Positions 36,640 to 49,060 are shown, counted from the first letter of the stretch. The stretch is DNA of 64,000 nt from Octopus sinensis (GCF_006345805.1 NC_043024.1:17980001-18044000), one strand, 5' to 3'. Notes: generated from the letters alone by a model not told the origin. Numbers and translations: made by a program.

Positions 36640-37547
36640 TCATCATCGTTTAACGTCCGTTTTCCGCGCTAGCACGGGTTGGACGGTTCGACCGGGGTCT
36701 GGGAAGCCAGGGGCCGCTCCAGGCTCCAGTCTGATCTGGCAAAGTTTCTACGGCTGGATGCCCTTCCTAACGCCAACCACTCCGTGAGTGGAGTGGGTGC
36801 TTTTTACGTGCCACCTGCACAGGGGCCGGGGGGTCTGGCATCGGTCAGGATCGGCTCGAGCTTTTAACGTGCCAGCGGCACGGGGGCAACGGCATCCGGG
36901 GTACTTTGGGGATCCGGGGTACTTTGGGGATCCGGGGTACTTTGAATGGGTAGGGGGTATGTGGAATTGCTGCAGAAAGCAGCCCGGGTCTTTGCTGTCA
37001 CAGCATATTTCCAGAGATCTCGGTCCTTCGCCATTGCCTCAGTGAGGCCCAATGCTCTGAGGTCATGCTTGACTACTTCATCCCATGTCTTCCTGGGTCT
37101 ACCTCTCCCCCTGATACCTTCAACTGCTTGGGAGTGGCACTTCTTCACACATCTCTCTTCATCCATCAGCAGCACATGACCATACCATCGCAAGCGTTGC
37201 TCTTGCACACCACATCTGATGCTTCTTATATCCAGCATTTCTCTCAGGATGCTTACACTCTGTCTTGTGTGCACACTGACACTACACATCCAGCGGATCA
37301 TGCTAGCTTCATTTCTTTCAAGTCTACGCATGTCCTCTGCAGTCACAGCCCATGTTTCATTACCGTGAAGCATGGCAGTTCGCACACATGCATCATACAG
37401 TCTACCTTTCGCTCTGAGGGAGAGACCTTTTGTTGCCAGTAGGGGTAGGAGCTTTCTGAACTTTGCCCAGGCTATTCGTATTCTAGTGGTGATACTCTCT
37501 GTGCATCCACCTCCGCTACTAACTTGGTCACCCAGGTAGTGGAAACT
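36640..37547 (-). mobile_element. RTE-clade LINE, 5'-truncated
   Basis: ORF 36864-37547 FHYLGDQV..LRWYGHVLLM..GRGRPRKTWDEVV is stop-free over ~225 codons; 3' UTR with an 18-bp x3 repeat at 36894-36944; (GAT)n tail. Confidence 0.95.
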
Positions 37548-37571
37548 ATATATATATATATACACATATAC

Positions 37572-37608
<37 letters not shown>

Positions 37609-38598
37609 TACATTATATGTCCGGAAGTTGTAGAATGTGTGATATATTTTCAAAATGTCATTAATGACTTGTAGCTGTGAATAGTTAATTAACTGCTTCC
37701 CTTCTGGTGTTGTGGAACTGATCTTCACTAAGACTAATGGTGGTGGAGGGGGGGCAGGTGTACAGGTACCGTGTGTGTGTGTGCGTGTGTATATGTATGT
37801 GTGTATGTGCATATGTATATATGTGTGTATGTGTGTGTGTGTGCATTTGTATATATGTGTGTATGCATATGTATATATGTATATGTGTATCTATGTGTGT
37901 GCATATGTATGTGTGTGTGCATGTGTATATGTATGTGTGTATGTGTGTATGCATATGTATATATGTATGTGTGTGTGTATATGTATATATGTATGTGCGT
38001 ATGTGTGTGTTATCTAAATATGTACATGTGTGTGTATGCATGTGTGTTTCAACAAGTTTGTGTGTTTCTTAGTGTGCGTATTTATTTTTCTTCGTGTCTT
38101 GTGTTCAGTCATTAGGCTGCTGCCATTCTGGAGCACTTCTTTATAGCCTGTAGTTCAGTTGATTCCATTGTCCTCCATATTCATTTTATTGACCCCAGTA
38201 GGATAAAACAGATCTGGATGAGATTTGAACTACTAATGTCAATATTAGCAGGAATCCCGAAATTCAGCAAACCTAAATTGAAGATTACCAATTTTGAAAT
38301 ATTCCGGGAGGTATAAAGAATGAACCAAAAATCATCTCAGTTCATTCAACCATTTTAATAACAACATCTCATTGCACCACACCTGGTTATATGACTCAAA
38401 CTTCCTGTTTTAAGGTGACTTCACCCCTTTAGCATTTTAACTGGCTACTTCATGCCCATATATTCTACATGTTTTATGTTCAAACTGGCCAGATTCAGCC
38501 TCTCACACTTACCCTACAATGTCATTCTCAAAATATGCAATCAACTTCATTGAAATCTTGAAGAAATGTATAATTAATTGAAACCAATTTCAATGAAT

Positions 38599-38738
38599 GT
38601 GGAGGCACATGGCCTAGTGGTTAGAGCAGCGGACTGCAACAGACTTGCGTCCCGTCCAGGTGGGGAACCTACACGCCAAGGAAACTGGGAAACCGGCCCT
38701 TATGAGCCAGGCATGGCTTGAGAAGGAACAAACAACAA
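38599..38738 (+). mobile_element. 140-bp mini-SINE (family C derivative) with 14-bp TSD
   Basis: CAATTTCAATGAAT at 38585-38598 and 38739-38752; A-box head, (CAA)n tail; inserted in a piggyBac-type MITE remnant. Confidence 0.85.
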
Positions 38739-39414
38739 CAATTTCAATGAATAAGCATTATGTCTGACTGAGTAATTTGAATACCAAAGGGTTAGATTAC
38801 AATATTTCATGGCATAAAAGACAAACAGACATACTTGATGCTTCTCAATTTCTGCAGCACAAATTCAGGAGCAAAGCATCATGAACAGAATTATCTTAAG
38901 GAAGTCCAAATTCTCGAATGATATCCAGAAGAATTTTTTTCTTTTTTCTTTTTGAAACATACTTTAGCAGAAAAAATGTATCCGATATGACATAAAAGAC
39001 AATAAAACCTTTCATCAAGATTTCCTCTTAATTTATTTTCTAAAAACCAGCTTAATAATGACAAAGTTATTCTATTAAATTCTTCCTTATTTTCAAAATT
39101 AATTCGAAAAGAAAAGGCTATATGTTTCAATAGAAATATGATAACAATATTCTTTCATTCTTTTACTTGTTTCAGTCAATTTGACTGTGGCCATGCTGGA
39201 GCACCGCCTTTAGTCAAACAGATTGACCCCAGGACTTATTCTTTGTAAGCCTAGTACTTATTCCATTAGTCTCTTTTGCTAAACTGCTAAGTTACAGGGA
39301 TGTGAACACACCTACATTTGTTATCAAGCAATGGGGGGGGGGGGACAAACACAGACACACAAATACATACATATGTATATATGTATGTATATATATATAT
39401 ATATATTGATATGT

Positions 39415-39790
39415 GGAGGCACTATGGCTCAGTGGTTAGGGCAGTGAACTCGCGGTCATAGGATTGCAGTTTCAATTCCCAGACCAGGTGTTATGAGTGT
39501 TTATTGAGCAAAAACACTTAAAGCTCTTCGAGGCTCCAGCATGGGGGGGGGAGCAAACCCTGCTGTACACTTTCACCACAACTTTCTCTCACTCTTTCTT
39601 CCTGTTTCTGTTGTACCTGTATTTCAAAGGGCCAGCCTTGTCACACTCTGTGTCATGCTGAATCTCTTCTAAGAACTACGTTAAGGGTACACATGTCTGT
39701 GGATTGCTCAGCCACTTGCACATTAATTTAACGAGCAGGCTATTCCATTGATCAGATCAAATGGAACCCTCGTTGTTGTGCTATGACTGT
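39415..39790 (+). mobile_element. SINE family C with long tail
   Basis: GGAGGCACTATGGCTCAGTGGTTAGGGC..TTCAATTCCCAGACC head; tail shared with 58310-58470 and 58940-59110. Confidence 0.8.
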
Positions 39791-40117
39791 ATTGATATAT
39801 ATATATATATATAGTATATCATACTGTGTGGACTAAGATCCCCGTTGAAAGGTCGCTGGTATTTATAGAGTGTTAAATGCTTTCAGTATGCAAATTAGGG
39901 TCTCCTTCATAGAGTAACTGCTGCATTTGTTGAGTATGTAAACAGTTTCACTGCCTGTTTCTCTGGAAGCTATCAGAATGATGTAGACACCTCTAGTGAG
40001 AACCCAATAAGGTTTAAAAAAATCAATTAAGGTTGTTCATAATTTTTTTTCTGTCTGTGGAGAAATGGCTAAAATTTGCCCAGTTTATAATTATACCATA
40101 TATTACATATATATATA

Positions 40118-40148
<31 letters not shown>

Positions 40149-40241
40149 CATACATACACACACACAGTGATCTTCTTTCTGTTTCTATCTACCAAATACA
40201 CTCACAAAGCTTTGGTTGGCCTGAGGCTATAATAGAAGACA

Positions 40242-40476
40242 TGAAGGCGGTGAGCTGGCAATAACATTAGCATGCTGGGCGAAATGCTTTGCGGTATTTC
40301 ATCTGCCATTACATTCTGAGTTCAAATTCCGCCAAGATCAACTTTGCCTTTCATCCTTTCGGGGTGGATTAAATAAGTACTAGTTACGCACTGGGGTCGA
40401 TATAATCGACTTAATCCACTTGTCTGTCCTTGTTTGTTGCCTCTGTGTACAGCCCCTTGTGGGCAGTAACGAAATA
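40242..40476 (+). mobile_element. SINE family B inserted into an antisense SINE A head, 8-bp TSD
   Basis: AGAAGACA at 40234-40241 and 40477-40484; the SINE A sequence resumes on both sides. Confidence 0.85.
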
Positions 40477-40577
40477 AGAAGACACTTGCCCAAGATGCCA
40501 TGAAGTGGGACTGAACCCTGAACCATCTGGTTGGGAAGTAAGTTTCTTACCACACAGCCACGCCTGCACCTTTATGT

Positions 40578-40709
40578 TAATCCTTTCCATATCGACCTGT
40601 CAGAGACAGACCCTGGTTGTGTGATAAGAGATAATTCTTTATCTTTTTTCAAAATTTGATTGAAACAAAAGCAGTGTATTTCAACAGAGGTACGTTAGCG
40701 AAAGGGTTA
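40578..40709. mobile_element. piggyBac-type MITE remnant
   Basis: TTAA-TCCTTTCC ... GCGAAAGGG-TTAA. Confidence 0.6.
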
Positions 40710-41487
40710 AGGCTGGCATCATGGAGAAATTTGTGAAATTCTTTCCGATCCAAAAGCCATGGGAATTTAAAAGTTTCAACTGATTAGAATCATTGGGATT
40801 CCCAAATTCAAAATAAAAACCAAAGTTGGAAATTATAAATGGCAAGACGTGGCAACGGTCTCAGATGGAGTTTTAATACTTGTCCCAGATGACTTAAAGA
40901 TATATTGACCTAGAGTTTTTAACATATCAGCATCTTGGAACTGTTGAAAGTAGAATGGCTTAAAGGCAGCATTCTTCTAACTGAATCCAATAAAACAATT
41001 TAATAAATAAACAGAAATAGGGTTTTTGTTCTTAATAATTATAGATTTTTAATTAAGTTATCATCGTTAAAATAGATAATTTAAATAACAGAAATGAATT
41101 ATTTTCTACAGGAAATTAATAAAAACAGGTTATTAAATGTTGTTGTTGTAGATTGTTTGATTCCAAGTCTTTTCTATCTAAGCAGATATATCATCACAGG
41201 TATTCCAGCCATGACCATCCTGCCATATTTTCCTCACTAGACATAATGTATGTAGTCTATGTTGTCTGATGTATCATTTGCTTGGTTAAGACTGTAATCT
41301 GTGATTTGAGGGAGATTTGGCTGCTATCTCTTGCAGTTCTAGAAACAAAGTCTTTAGCTGGGGAAGGGGGGACACATTTTCATAAATGGGTATATGGGTG
41401 TGTGGTGTGTGTGTGTGTGCCTGTGCATGTACACCTGTGTGTATGTGTGTACGTATATGTACATACACACACACACACACACACACA

Positions 41488-42037
41488 TATACTCTGCCAC
41501 CATTTATCTCTCTCTTGCCCTACTCTACCATCCCATTTATATTCTGATCCCCTGTATCTTGAAGGTATGCCCTGGCACTTCACCACCATCTCTCTCCTGC
41601 ACTCTCTCACACCCTTGCTCTCTTTCACTCTCTCCTTCTCTCTTTTTTCTCTCTCTGTCTCACTCTCTCCCTCTCTCTTTTTTCTCTCTCTGTCTCACTC
41701 TCTTTCACTCTCTTCTCTGACTGGGTAACCATTTATCTCCTCTACAGCAAGACACTTGTTCCTGTCCCTCTGTCACACCCTAAACTCTCATCACCCAGAA
41801 CAAGGCCACTTCTTCCAAATATCCTCTTACATTTGCAAACACACAGATACACACATGCAGAGGGTGAGAGAGAATGAGAGAGAGAGAGGGGATAGTTTAA
41901 GAGAGCAAGAGGGTGGGAGTGTGAGAGAGTGCAGGAGAGAGATGACAGTGCCAGGGCATACCCTCAACATACGGGGATCAGAATATAAATGGGATGGTAG
42001 AGCGGGGCAAGAGAGAGCTAGAGGGTGGCAGAGTATA
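41488..42037. mobile_element. Fold-back MITE-like element with ~135-bp TIRs
   Basis: 41488-41622 is an inverted copy of 41901-42037 (TATACTCTGCCACC.. / ..GGTGGCAGAGTATA); TA at both ends. Confidence 0.75.
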
Positions 42038-42062
42038 ACTTAGATGTGTGTGTGTGTGTGTA

Positions 42063-42115
<53 letters not shown>

Positions 42116-42129
42116 GTATTTATAGGGCC

Positions 42130-42330
42130 CCACCAGCTGGTGTCATGTAGGAAGCACTTAGCCCACTCTGTAAGATGGTTGGTGATAGGAAGGGCATCCA
42201 GCTGTAAAAACCCTGCCAAAACCGACAGTGAAGCCTGGTGTTGTCTTCTGCCTGGCTAGCTCCTGCCAAACCATCCAGTCCCTGCCAGCAGAGAAAATGG
42301 GCATTAAATGATGATGATGACGATGACAAT
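42130..42330 (+). mobile_element. RTE 3' tail fragment
   Basis: GGAAGGGCATCCAGCTGTAAAAACC..(GAT)n. Confidence 0.75.
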
Positions 42331-42739
42331 GTATGTGCAGACTTATTTGTTTGTTTATTGCAAAAATCCCAAAACCTAAACGCATATCTATAATGAATTC
42401 TTCATTACTAAAGATTTGGTGCAGTCAAGTTTACAGTCAGCCAACTACATCGAAGAAGCTAAAACAATGCATATGCAATGGTGATATAAGTGAGGGATTA
42501 TCAATCTGAGCTAAATACTTTATAATCTCTTTGTAAGTACAGGCTAAGAATAGTGTTTAGATTAGTAAAAAACCTCACATAACCTAAAATGACTGCTAGA
42601 AACAGCTGTAAATCAAATTTACAATAACAAAAATATCTAATGACTATTATTTATACCTTCTCTTGTGTATGTGTTTATATATATACACACACACAAACAT
42701 ACACATATATATGTACATATGCGGATACATATAATTATT

Positions 42740-43146
42740 CTTTCATTTATTCTTTTATTTGTTTCAGTCATTTGACTGTAGCCATGCTGGAGCACTGCCT
42801 TTAGTCGAGCAAATCGACCCCAGGACTTATTCTTTGTAAGCCTAATACTTATTCTATCGGTCTCTCTTGCCGAACCACTAGGTGACGGGAACGTAAACAC
42901 ACCAACATTGGTTGTCAAACGATGTTGGGGGGACAAACACAGACACACAAACATATGCATACACACACACACACACATATATATATATACGACGGGCTTC
43001 TTTCAGCTTCCATCTACCAAATCCACCCACAAGGCTTTGGTCAGCCCGAGGCTACAGTAGAAGACACTTGCTCAAGGTGCCACGCAGTGGGACTGAATCC
43101 GGAACCTTGTGGTTGATAAGCAAGCTACTTACCACACAGCCACTCC

Positions 43147-43148
<2 letters not shown>
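42740..43148 (-). mobile_element. SINE family A, full length
   Basis: Collinear with the reverse complement of 34703-35073. Confidence 0.9.
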
Positions 43149-43183
<35 letters not shown>

Positions 43184-43446
43184 ATATACATACATACATA
43201 CATACATATATATATATATGCACATGCACACACTATGCAGAGGCTTCTGTACAGTTTCCACAAACCAGTTCTACTCACAAGACATTAGTTAGCCTAATGT
43301 TATAGTTGAAGAAACTTGCCCAAGGTGCCACACTATGGGCCCCTACCTTAGACCATGTGGTGATAAAGTGAATATCATAAGAACATGGTTATGCTTGCAC
43401 CTATACATCTATTATATATTTATATAGAGGCAAACTGGCTGTGTGG

Positions 43447-44500
43447 TAATAATAATAATGAAATTATTGTATACAGTGCTCAGGTGCACCACAACTTGTC
43501 AGAAAGTGCATATAAAGTACATGCAGTAATTTAGAAATGTCTGGAAAGTGAACATGCCTGTGTGTGTATGGAGGGGAGAAAATCAAGTGTAGTGTTGGCG
43601 AATCTCAGGAAGCATGGAAGTTTTGAAGGATGCAGTGCTCCGACAACTAACAACCGATGCCGGCAGTTTGTTCCACGCTTCAGCAACTCTCAGCGTGAAA
43701 AAATGTTTCCTGAAGTCATGGGAGCTGTGCTGTTTTCTTACTTTGTAAATATGTCCACGGGTGTTAGATGGGTGGAGTTTGAAGAGGTGCTCAGAGTTAT
43801 TGTTTGTGCGATGGTTGATAATTTTATGGGTGTCTGCCAAGTCAGCTGCCAGACGTCGGAGTTTCAATGTGTCCATGCCCAGGGAAGTAAGGCGTTCAGG
43901 ATATGGCAAATGCCTGATGGAGGGTATTCTTTTGGTTGCACGTCGCTGAACAGCTTCCAGACGATTGATGTCCTGGGCAAGATAGGGGTTCCAGACCGGT
44001 GATGCAAATTCCAGGTGAGGTCTTACCATAGCTATATAAAGCCACAGATAGATAGCTGGAGAGCGGCTCACAAAGGATTTGGTGAGTGATGTCAAGACAC
44101 CCTCAGCCTTCTTGACAATTTTAGCGATGTGTTTTGTCCAATGCAAATCACTGTCGACAATAACACCCAGGTCACGTTCACTTGAGGACTTTTTGAGACT
44201 AGTGTTGTGGAGGGAGTAGGTGGACGCTGGGTTTCTCCTCCCAAAATGCATGGTGGTACATTTGTCCACAGCCAGCTTGAGTTGCCAGTCCATGATCCAC
44301 TGCTGCATTGTGTCCAGGTCTGCTTGCAATAGAGATCCATAGTGTACAGGATTTGACCTCTTTATTTTGAGGTACAGCTTGATGTCATCTGCATATTTCA
44401 GCACTGTGGCATTCTTTAAGTTGGCATCTATGTCATTAACATATGCAACAAATAAAGGGGGGCCAAGAACAGATCCCTGCGGCACACAAGATGTCATCTC
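43447..44500 (-). mobile_element. CR1-group LINE, 5'-truncated, with (ATT)n tail
   Basis: RT C-terminal ORF plus ~120-bp 3' UTR ending TTTCATTATTATTATTA; inserted in a SINE A head (GCTGTGTGGTAA | GAAGCTTGC). Confidence 0.95.
43583..44497 (-). CDS. CR1-type reverse transcriptase C-terminal region (truncated ORF2, no stops)
   Basis: VPQGSVLGPPLFVAYVND, YADDIKLY, ERDLGV, VRPHLEFASPVWNPY, LEAVQRRATK, TRGH, FFTLRVAEAWNKLP. Confidence 0.9.
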   Translation of the reverse strand: MTSCVPQGSVLGPPLFVAYVNDIDANLKNATVLKYADDIKLYLKIKRSNPVHYGSLLQADLDTMQQWIMDWQLKLAVDKCTTMHFGRRNPASTYSLHNTSLKKSSSERDLGVIVDSDLHWTKHIAKIVKKAEGVLTSLTKSFVSRSPAIYLWLYIAMVRPHLEFASPVWNPYLAQDINRLEAVQRRATKRIPSIRHLPYPERLTSLGMDTLKLRRLAADLADTHKIINHRTNNNSEHLFKLHPSNTRGHIYKVRKQHSSHDFRKHFFTLRVAEAWNKLPASVVSCRSTASFKTSMLPEIRQHYT

Positions 44501-44562
44501 ATATATATAAGAAGCTTGCTTCCAAACCACATGGTTCTGGGTTCAGTCCCACAGTGCTATGT

Positions 44563-44803
44563 CTTTTCATCAAACGTCTTTTTGTCCACATCTTTTAGTC
44601 TGGCGTCTTTTTGTCCAATGATTCTTTTTTTGTGCAACGACAAATCCTATGAATAAAATTCATGATGATTATTTGATTTTGTTGTTCACCTTGTTTTCTA
44701 AAGAGTTTATTTAAAATTGGACAAGAAGTCATTGGACAAAAAAACCATCTGACAAAAAGACGTCGGACCAAAAGACATGGACGAAGTGAAATCAGATGAA
44801 AAG
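44563..44803. mobile_element. MITE with TIRs built of ~15-bp subrepeats
   Basis: CTTTTCATC..(TCTTTTTGTCC)n at the left and (GGACAAAAAGA)n..GATGAAAAG at the right; interrupts SINE A. Confidence 0.7.
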
Positions 44804-45129
44804 TCAGGTCATGCAGTCCCACTGAGTGGCACAAAGGGCCAGTGTCTTCTACCATAGCTATGGGCTGACCACAGCCTTGTGTGTGGATTTGGTAGATGGG
44901 AACTGAAAGAAGCCCACTGTGTGTGTGTGTTTGTCCCCCACCACTGTTTGACAATGGGTGGTGTGTTTATGTCCCCTATAACTTAGCAGCTCAGTGGAAG
45001 TGACCAATAGAATAAGTACCAGGCTTTATAAAAAAAGTAAGTTCTGGAGTTGATTTATTTGTTTGACTAAAATTCATGGCAGTACCCCAGCATGGCCATA
45101 GTCTGATGACTGAAATAAGAAAAAGATAG

Positions 45130-45575
45130 AAATAAAATATATATGACTAGTGACCTTTGGTGATGTATTGTGCTTGAGAGGATCAAGTGCACCTGTACTG
45201 GTAGCACATAGAAAGACCTTTCGAGCATTCGACCTCACGGAAACAAAGTAGCTGAGTTCCATTCGAGTGTTGGGCCTCACAGAGGCAATGACTGAGACCT
45301 TAGGCATTGTCACGCTTGAGAAGAAGACGCATGAAGCCAAGCAAAATCGTAGTTGTGGCAGATACGGGTGTCATGCACCCATGTTTGTGGCATGTAAAAG
45401 CACCATTACACTCTTCCAGAGTGGTTGTCATTAGGAAGGGCATCCAGCCATAGAAAACCATGCCAAATCAGACTGGAGTCTGGTGCAGCCTTCCAACTTG
45501 TCAGCCCTGGTCAGACTATCCAACCCATGCCAACATGGACAACAGATGTTAAATGAGGATGATGATAATGATGAT
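45130..45575 (+). mobile_element. RTE 3' end fragment
   Basis: GGCCTCACAGAGGCAATGAC (LGLTEAM) plus the UTR and (GAT)n tail. Confidence 0.75.
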
Positions 45576-46691
45576 ATATATATATATATATATAAACATA
45601 CATACGCACACACATACACCATATACACACACATATATATATACAAACACATACACATACGGACATATATTTACATGTGTGTGTGTGTGTATATATATAT
45701 ATGTGTGTATGTATATAATTTATGTATATGTATATATGTGTGCGTATATGTGTATATATATATATATATTCACACATACACACACATATATATATATACA
45801 CACAAACTCTCATGCATGTATGCCCATTGATAAAATCATATATAATTTAGCTATATATATGTACATGTAAATATATATATATACATATATATGTGTGAGT
45901 GTATATGTGTATATATATATATATGTGTGTGTGTATATATATATATATATATACACATGCATATGCATATATAAAATATGTATAAATATGTATATATATA
46001 TATGTGTGTGTGTATAAAAATGTATTTATTATATGTATACTTATACATAGTATAGGTATACATATAATAAATACATTTATACACGCACACACAGATACAC
46101 ATATACATATGCATACACACACATATATGCTTATTGATTACTGCATGCAATACAATGTAGTGCTATATACACCTATTGAGACAAACTGCTATATAATTTT
46201 AGTTGTATTTACTTATTGATTATTAATAAAGAAACAAAACAACAACAGCAAAAATATATACTTCAAAGAAATAAGAAATATAAAAAAAAAGACTCATAGC
46301 AACAAAGGTAAGGGAACAAGTTGTTGTATTGAAATAAAAGTTTTTTGTGTTTTGGCTGGAAATCAAGCATTTTGGACAAGCAGTTGGGTGGTGGTGGTGG
46401 GGGGGGATTCATATAGTCTGTTAAATAACTGCAACCGCGACCATCATTGGCCACCCTGCACTACTTGTTGTCTGATATTTAGATTTGGGTGCGGAGTGGG
46501 TTGTCAGTGGTGATGGGCGAGAGAAAAGAGTCAGTGGTGGGGTGCAGATGGGGTTATTTACAATCCTAGGAAGGACAAACGTCAGAAGTCTTGGTAGAAA
46601 TTGAAAACTTTGAGATTTCTCCCAACTGGAGCTGGCAAACCATTCTTTTTGGTAGGGTCAATATCAATTACCTTTTATCATCATCATCATG

Positions 46692-46930
46692 GAGGTGCGT
46701 GGCTTAGTGGTTAGGGTGTCAGCATCATGATCGTAAAATTGTGGTCTCGATTCCTGGACCGGGCGATGCGTTGTGTTCTTGAGCAAAACACTTCATTTCA
46801 TGTTGCTCCAGTCCACTCAGCTGGCAAAAATGAGTAACGCTGTGATGGATTAGCCTCCCGTCCAGCTGGGGGGAAAACATACGCCAAAGAAACCTGGAAA
46901 CCAGGCCCATGAGCCTGGCTAGGCTTTAAA
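46692..46930 (+). mobile_element. tRNA-derived SINE family C
   Basis: GTGGCTTAGTGGTTAGGGTGTC..CTCGATTCCTGGACC..GTTGTGTTCTTGAGCAAAACACTTC. Confidence 0.85.
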
Positions 46931-46964
46931 AGGGGGCATTTATTTATTTATTTTTATCATCATC

Positions 46965-47300
46965 ATCATCATCACCATTTACAGTCCGTTTTCCATGTTG
47001 GCAGGGGTTGGATGGTTTGACCAGAGCTGGCAAGGCCTGGGAACATACCAGGCTACAGGTGTTTGTTCTGGCATGGTTTCTACAGCTAGATGCCCTTCCT
47101 AAAGCCAATGGACTCCACAGAGTGTACTGGGTGTTTTTTATGAGACACCAACACATGTTCTTTTTATGTAGCACCATCATTGATTCTGTTGTGGCAGATG
47201 GGTCTTCTTGAGTACAGCAAGGTCCCAGATATATCCTTCATAAGGCTTAGAGTCTTGAAATCGGTCTTCAGTACTTGGTGCCATGTCTTCCTGGGTCTCC
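46965..47300 (-). mobile_element. RTE 3' end fragment
   Basis: Reverse complement includes GRPRKTW-like GAGACCCAGGAAGACATGG and the shared tail. Confidence 0.75.
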
Positions 47301-47324
47301 CTATTCTGCCAGTTCCATCTACTT

Positions 47325-47700
47325 CATTTCAATTAATTTTGAATATAACGAACGATTTAGTAAAATAACTTTGTCATTACTAAGTTGGTGTTTAGAACAT
47401 AAATTGTTATGAAATTTTGATGGCAGAAGGTTTAATGCAGATCATAGAACCAGGGGTTGTCACAGTTGAGTTGGTGTCAAGGGGATAACCCTTTTGTTTC
47501 CATATTTCTTTTGAAATAAACTGTCTTCATTTCAATTAATTTTGAAAATTATGAAGAATTTAGTAGAATAACTTTGTCGTTATAAAGTCGGTGGTGGAAA
47601 CAAATTAACATGATGGAAGGGTTTTATTTAGATCATTTTAAGGTTTGTATCATAAAACCAGGACTAGGTTGAGGTGAATGGGTACCAAAAGGTTTAAACA
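47325..47700. mobile_element. Two tandem degenerate piggyBac-type MITE copies
   Basis: TTCATTTCAATTAATTTTGAA..AGAATTTAGTA(A/G)AATAACTTTGTC occurs twice; AACCCTTTTGTT..CCAAAAGGTTTAA. Confidence 0.55.
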
Positions 47701-48676
47701 GACAGAAACTCTACTTGGATCTGAGCTGCTTCATCTTAATCCAACACTGCCACCACCACCATCTGGTTGTTTGAGAAGCCTTTATTGAAATTAACTCTGT
47801 TGCAAAACTAAGCATTTCTTACATGGGATCAACCGGCAAGGCCTGATTTTGGCATGGTTTTCACAGCTAGATACCCTTCTAAATACCAAGATATCTTCTT
47901 CCGGTCTCCAAATCATCATCATCATAATTAACATTGTTTTAAAGTCCTGTTTCCCATGCTGGCATGGGTCAGATGAAATTTATTGAGATAGATTTTTTAT
48001 GATTACACACAAACCTTTCTTGTTGCCCAATCCTTACTTGTGAACATGCAAGGTAATTTTTCCCCTAGCCAAATATATTTTTCACAGAATCATCATCATT
48101 AATTATCATTATCATCATTTAATGTCTTCATTCTTCATTCTTCTTCTTCTTCTTCTCCTCCTCCATTCTTCTTTTTCTTCTTCCCCTCGTCTTCCTTCAT
48201 TCATCTTCTTTTTCCTCTTCTGCTCCTTTTCCTTCTCCATTCTTTCTCCCCCTCCTCTTCTTCTTCCTCCTCCTCCTCCATGTTGCCATGGGTTGGATGA
48301 GGTTCCACAGTCTGTTTTGACATGGTTTCCATGGCTGGATGCCCTTCCTAATGCCAACCACTTTACAGAGTATCGGGTGCTTTCTATGTAGCACTAAACC
48401 CCCCCACATGGCACCTTGGTTTTATGAGAAATAAAGGAAACTTCCTGCATGACAGGGTCAGTGTTTATGACCATCACATGATGGCAAAACAAGGAGACTT
48501 AAGCACAACACACACACACATGCATGGATGCATATATACATATACCTACACACACACGCATATATATATATATAATTATGGTTAGGCTATATATGGTATT
48601 TCTTTGTATTAATTAATTTCTTATTAATGTATATTTATATATAAATGTTTATGGAATATTGAGTCTGATCTGAAAT

Positions 48677-48722
48677 CCACCTGATGAATGTCCTGAGAAG
48701 AGACATGAAACAATTGTAGTGG
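48677..48722 (+). ncRNA. Type I hammerhead ribozyme with intact core
   Basis: CCAC CTGATGA ATGTC CTGAGAAGA GACAT GAAAC AATT GTA GTGG. Helix III is the palindrome ACAATTGT; predicted cleavage after A48718. Confidence 0.75.
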
Positions 48723-48831
48723 CGAATATAATTTTATTTAATTTATATTAAAATTTTTTTATGTATTGGATTAAGTCTTTCTTTGTTTGATTTGCAAAAT
48801 AGTGGTTTTGTCTCTAATTAATATTATATCA

Positions 48832-49060
48832 TCATCATCATCATCGTTTAACGTCCGTTTTCCGCGCTAGCACGGGTTGGACGGTTTCGACCGGGGTCTG
48901 GGGAGCTCGGGACTGCCCCAGGCTCCAGTCTAGTCTGGCAGTGTTTCTACAGCTGGATGCCCTTCCTAACGCCAACCACTCCGCGAGTGTAGTGGGTGTT
49001 TTTTACGTGCCACCTTCACAGGTGCCAGAGGGGTCTGGCATCAGCCACGTTCGGATGGTG
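48832..49060 (-). mobile_element. RTE 3' UTR/tail fragment
   Basis: (ATC)n-GTTTAACGTCCGTTTTCCGCGCTAGCACGGG, near-identical to the 36640 tail. Confidence 0.85.

Noticed and set aside
45103-45120. CTGATGACTGAAA as a hammerhead
   Set aside because: It is a variant of the SINE A tail (AATGACTGAAAC) with no helix II.
46692-46770. tRNA gene (also 39415, 58200, 34703)
   Set aside because: A/B boxes are present but no closed cloverleaf forms, and the sequence continues into SINE bodies.
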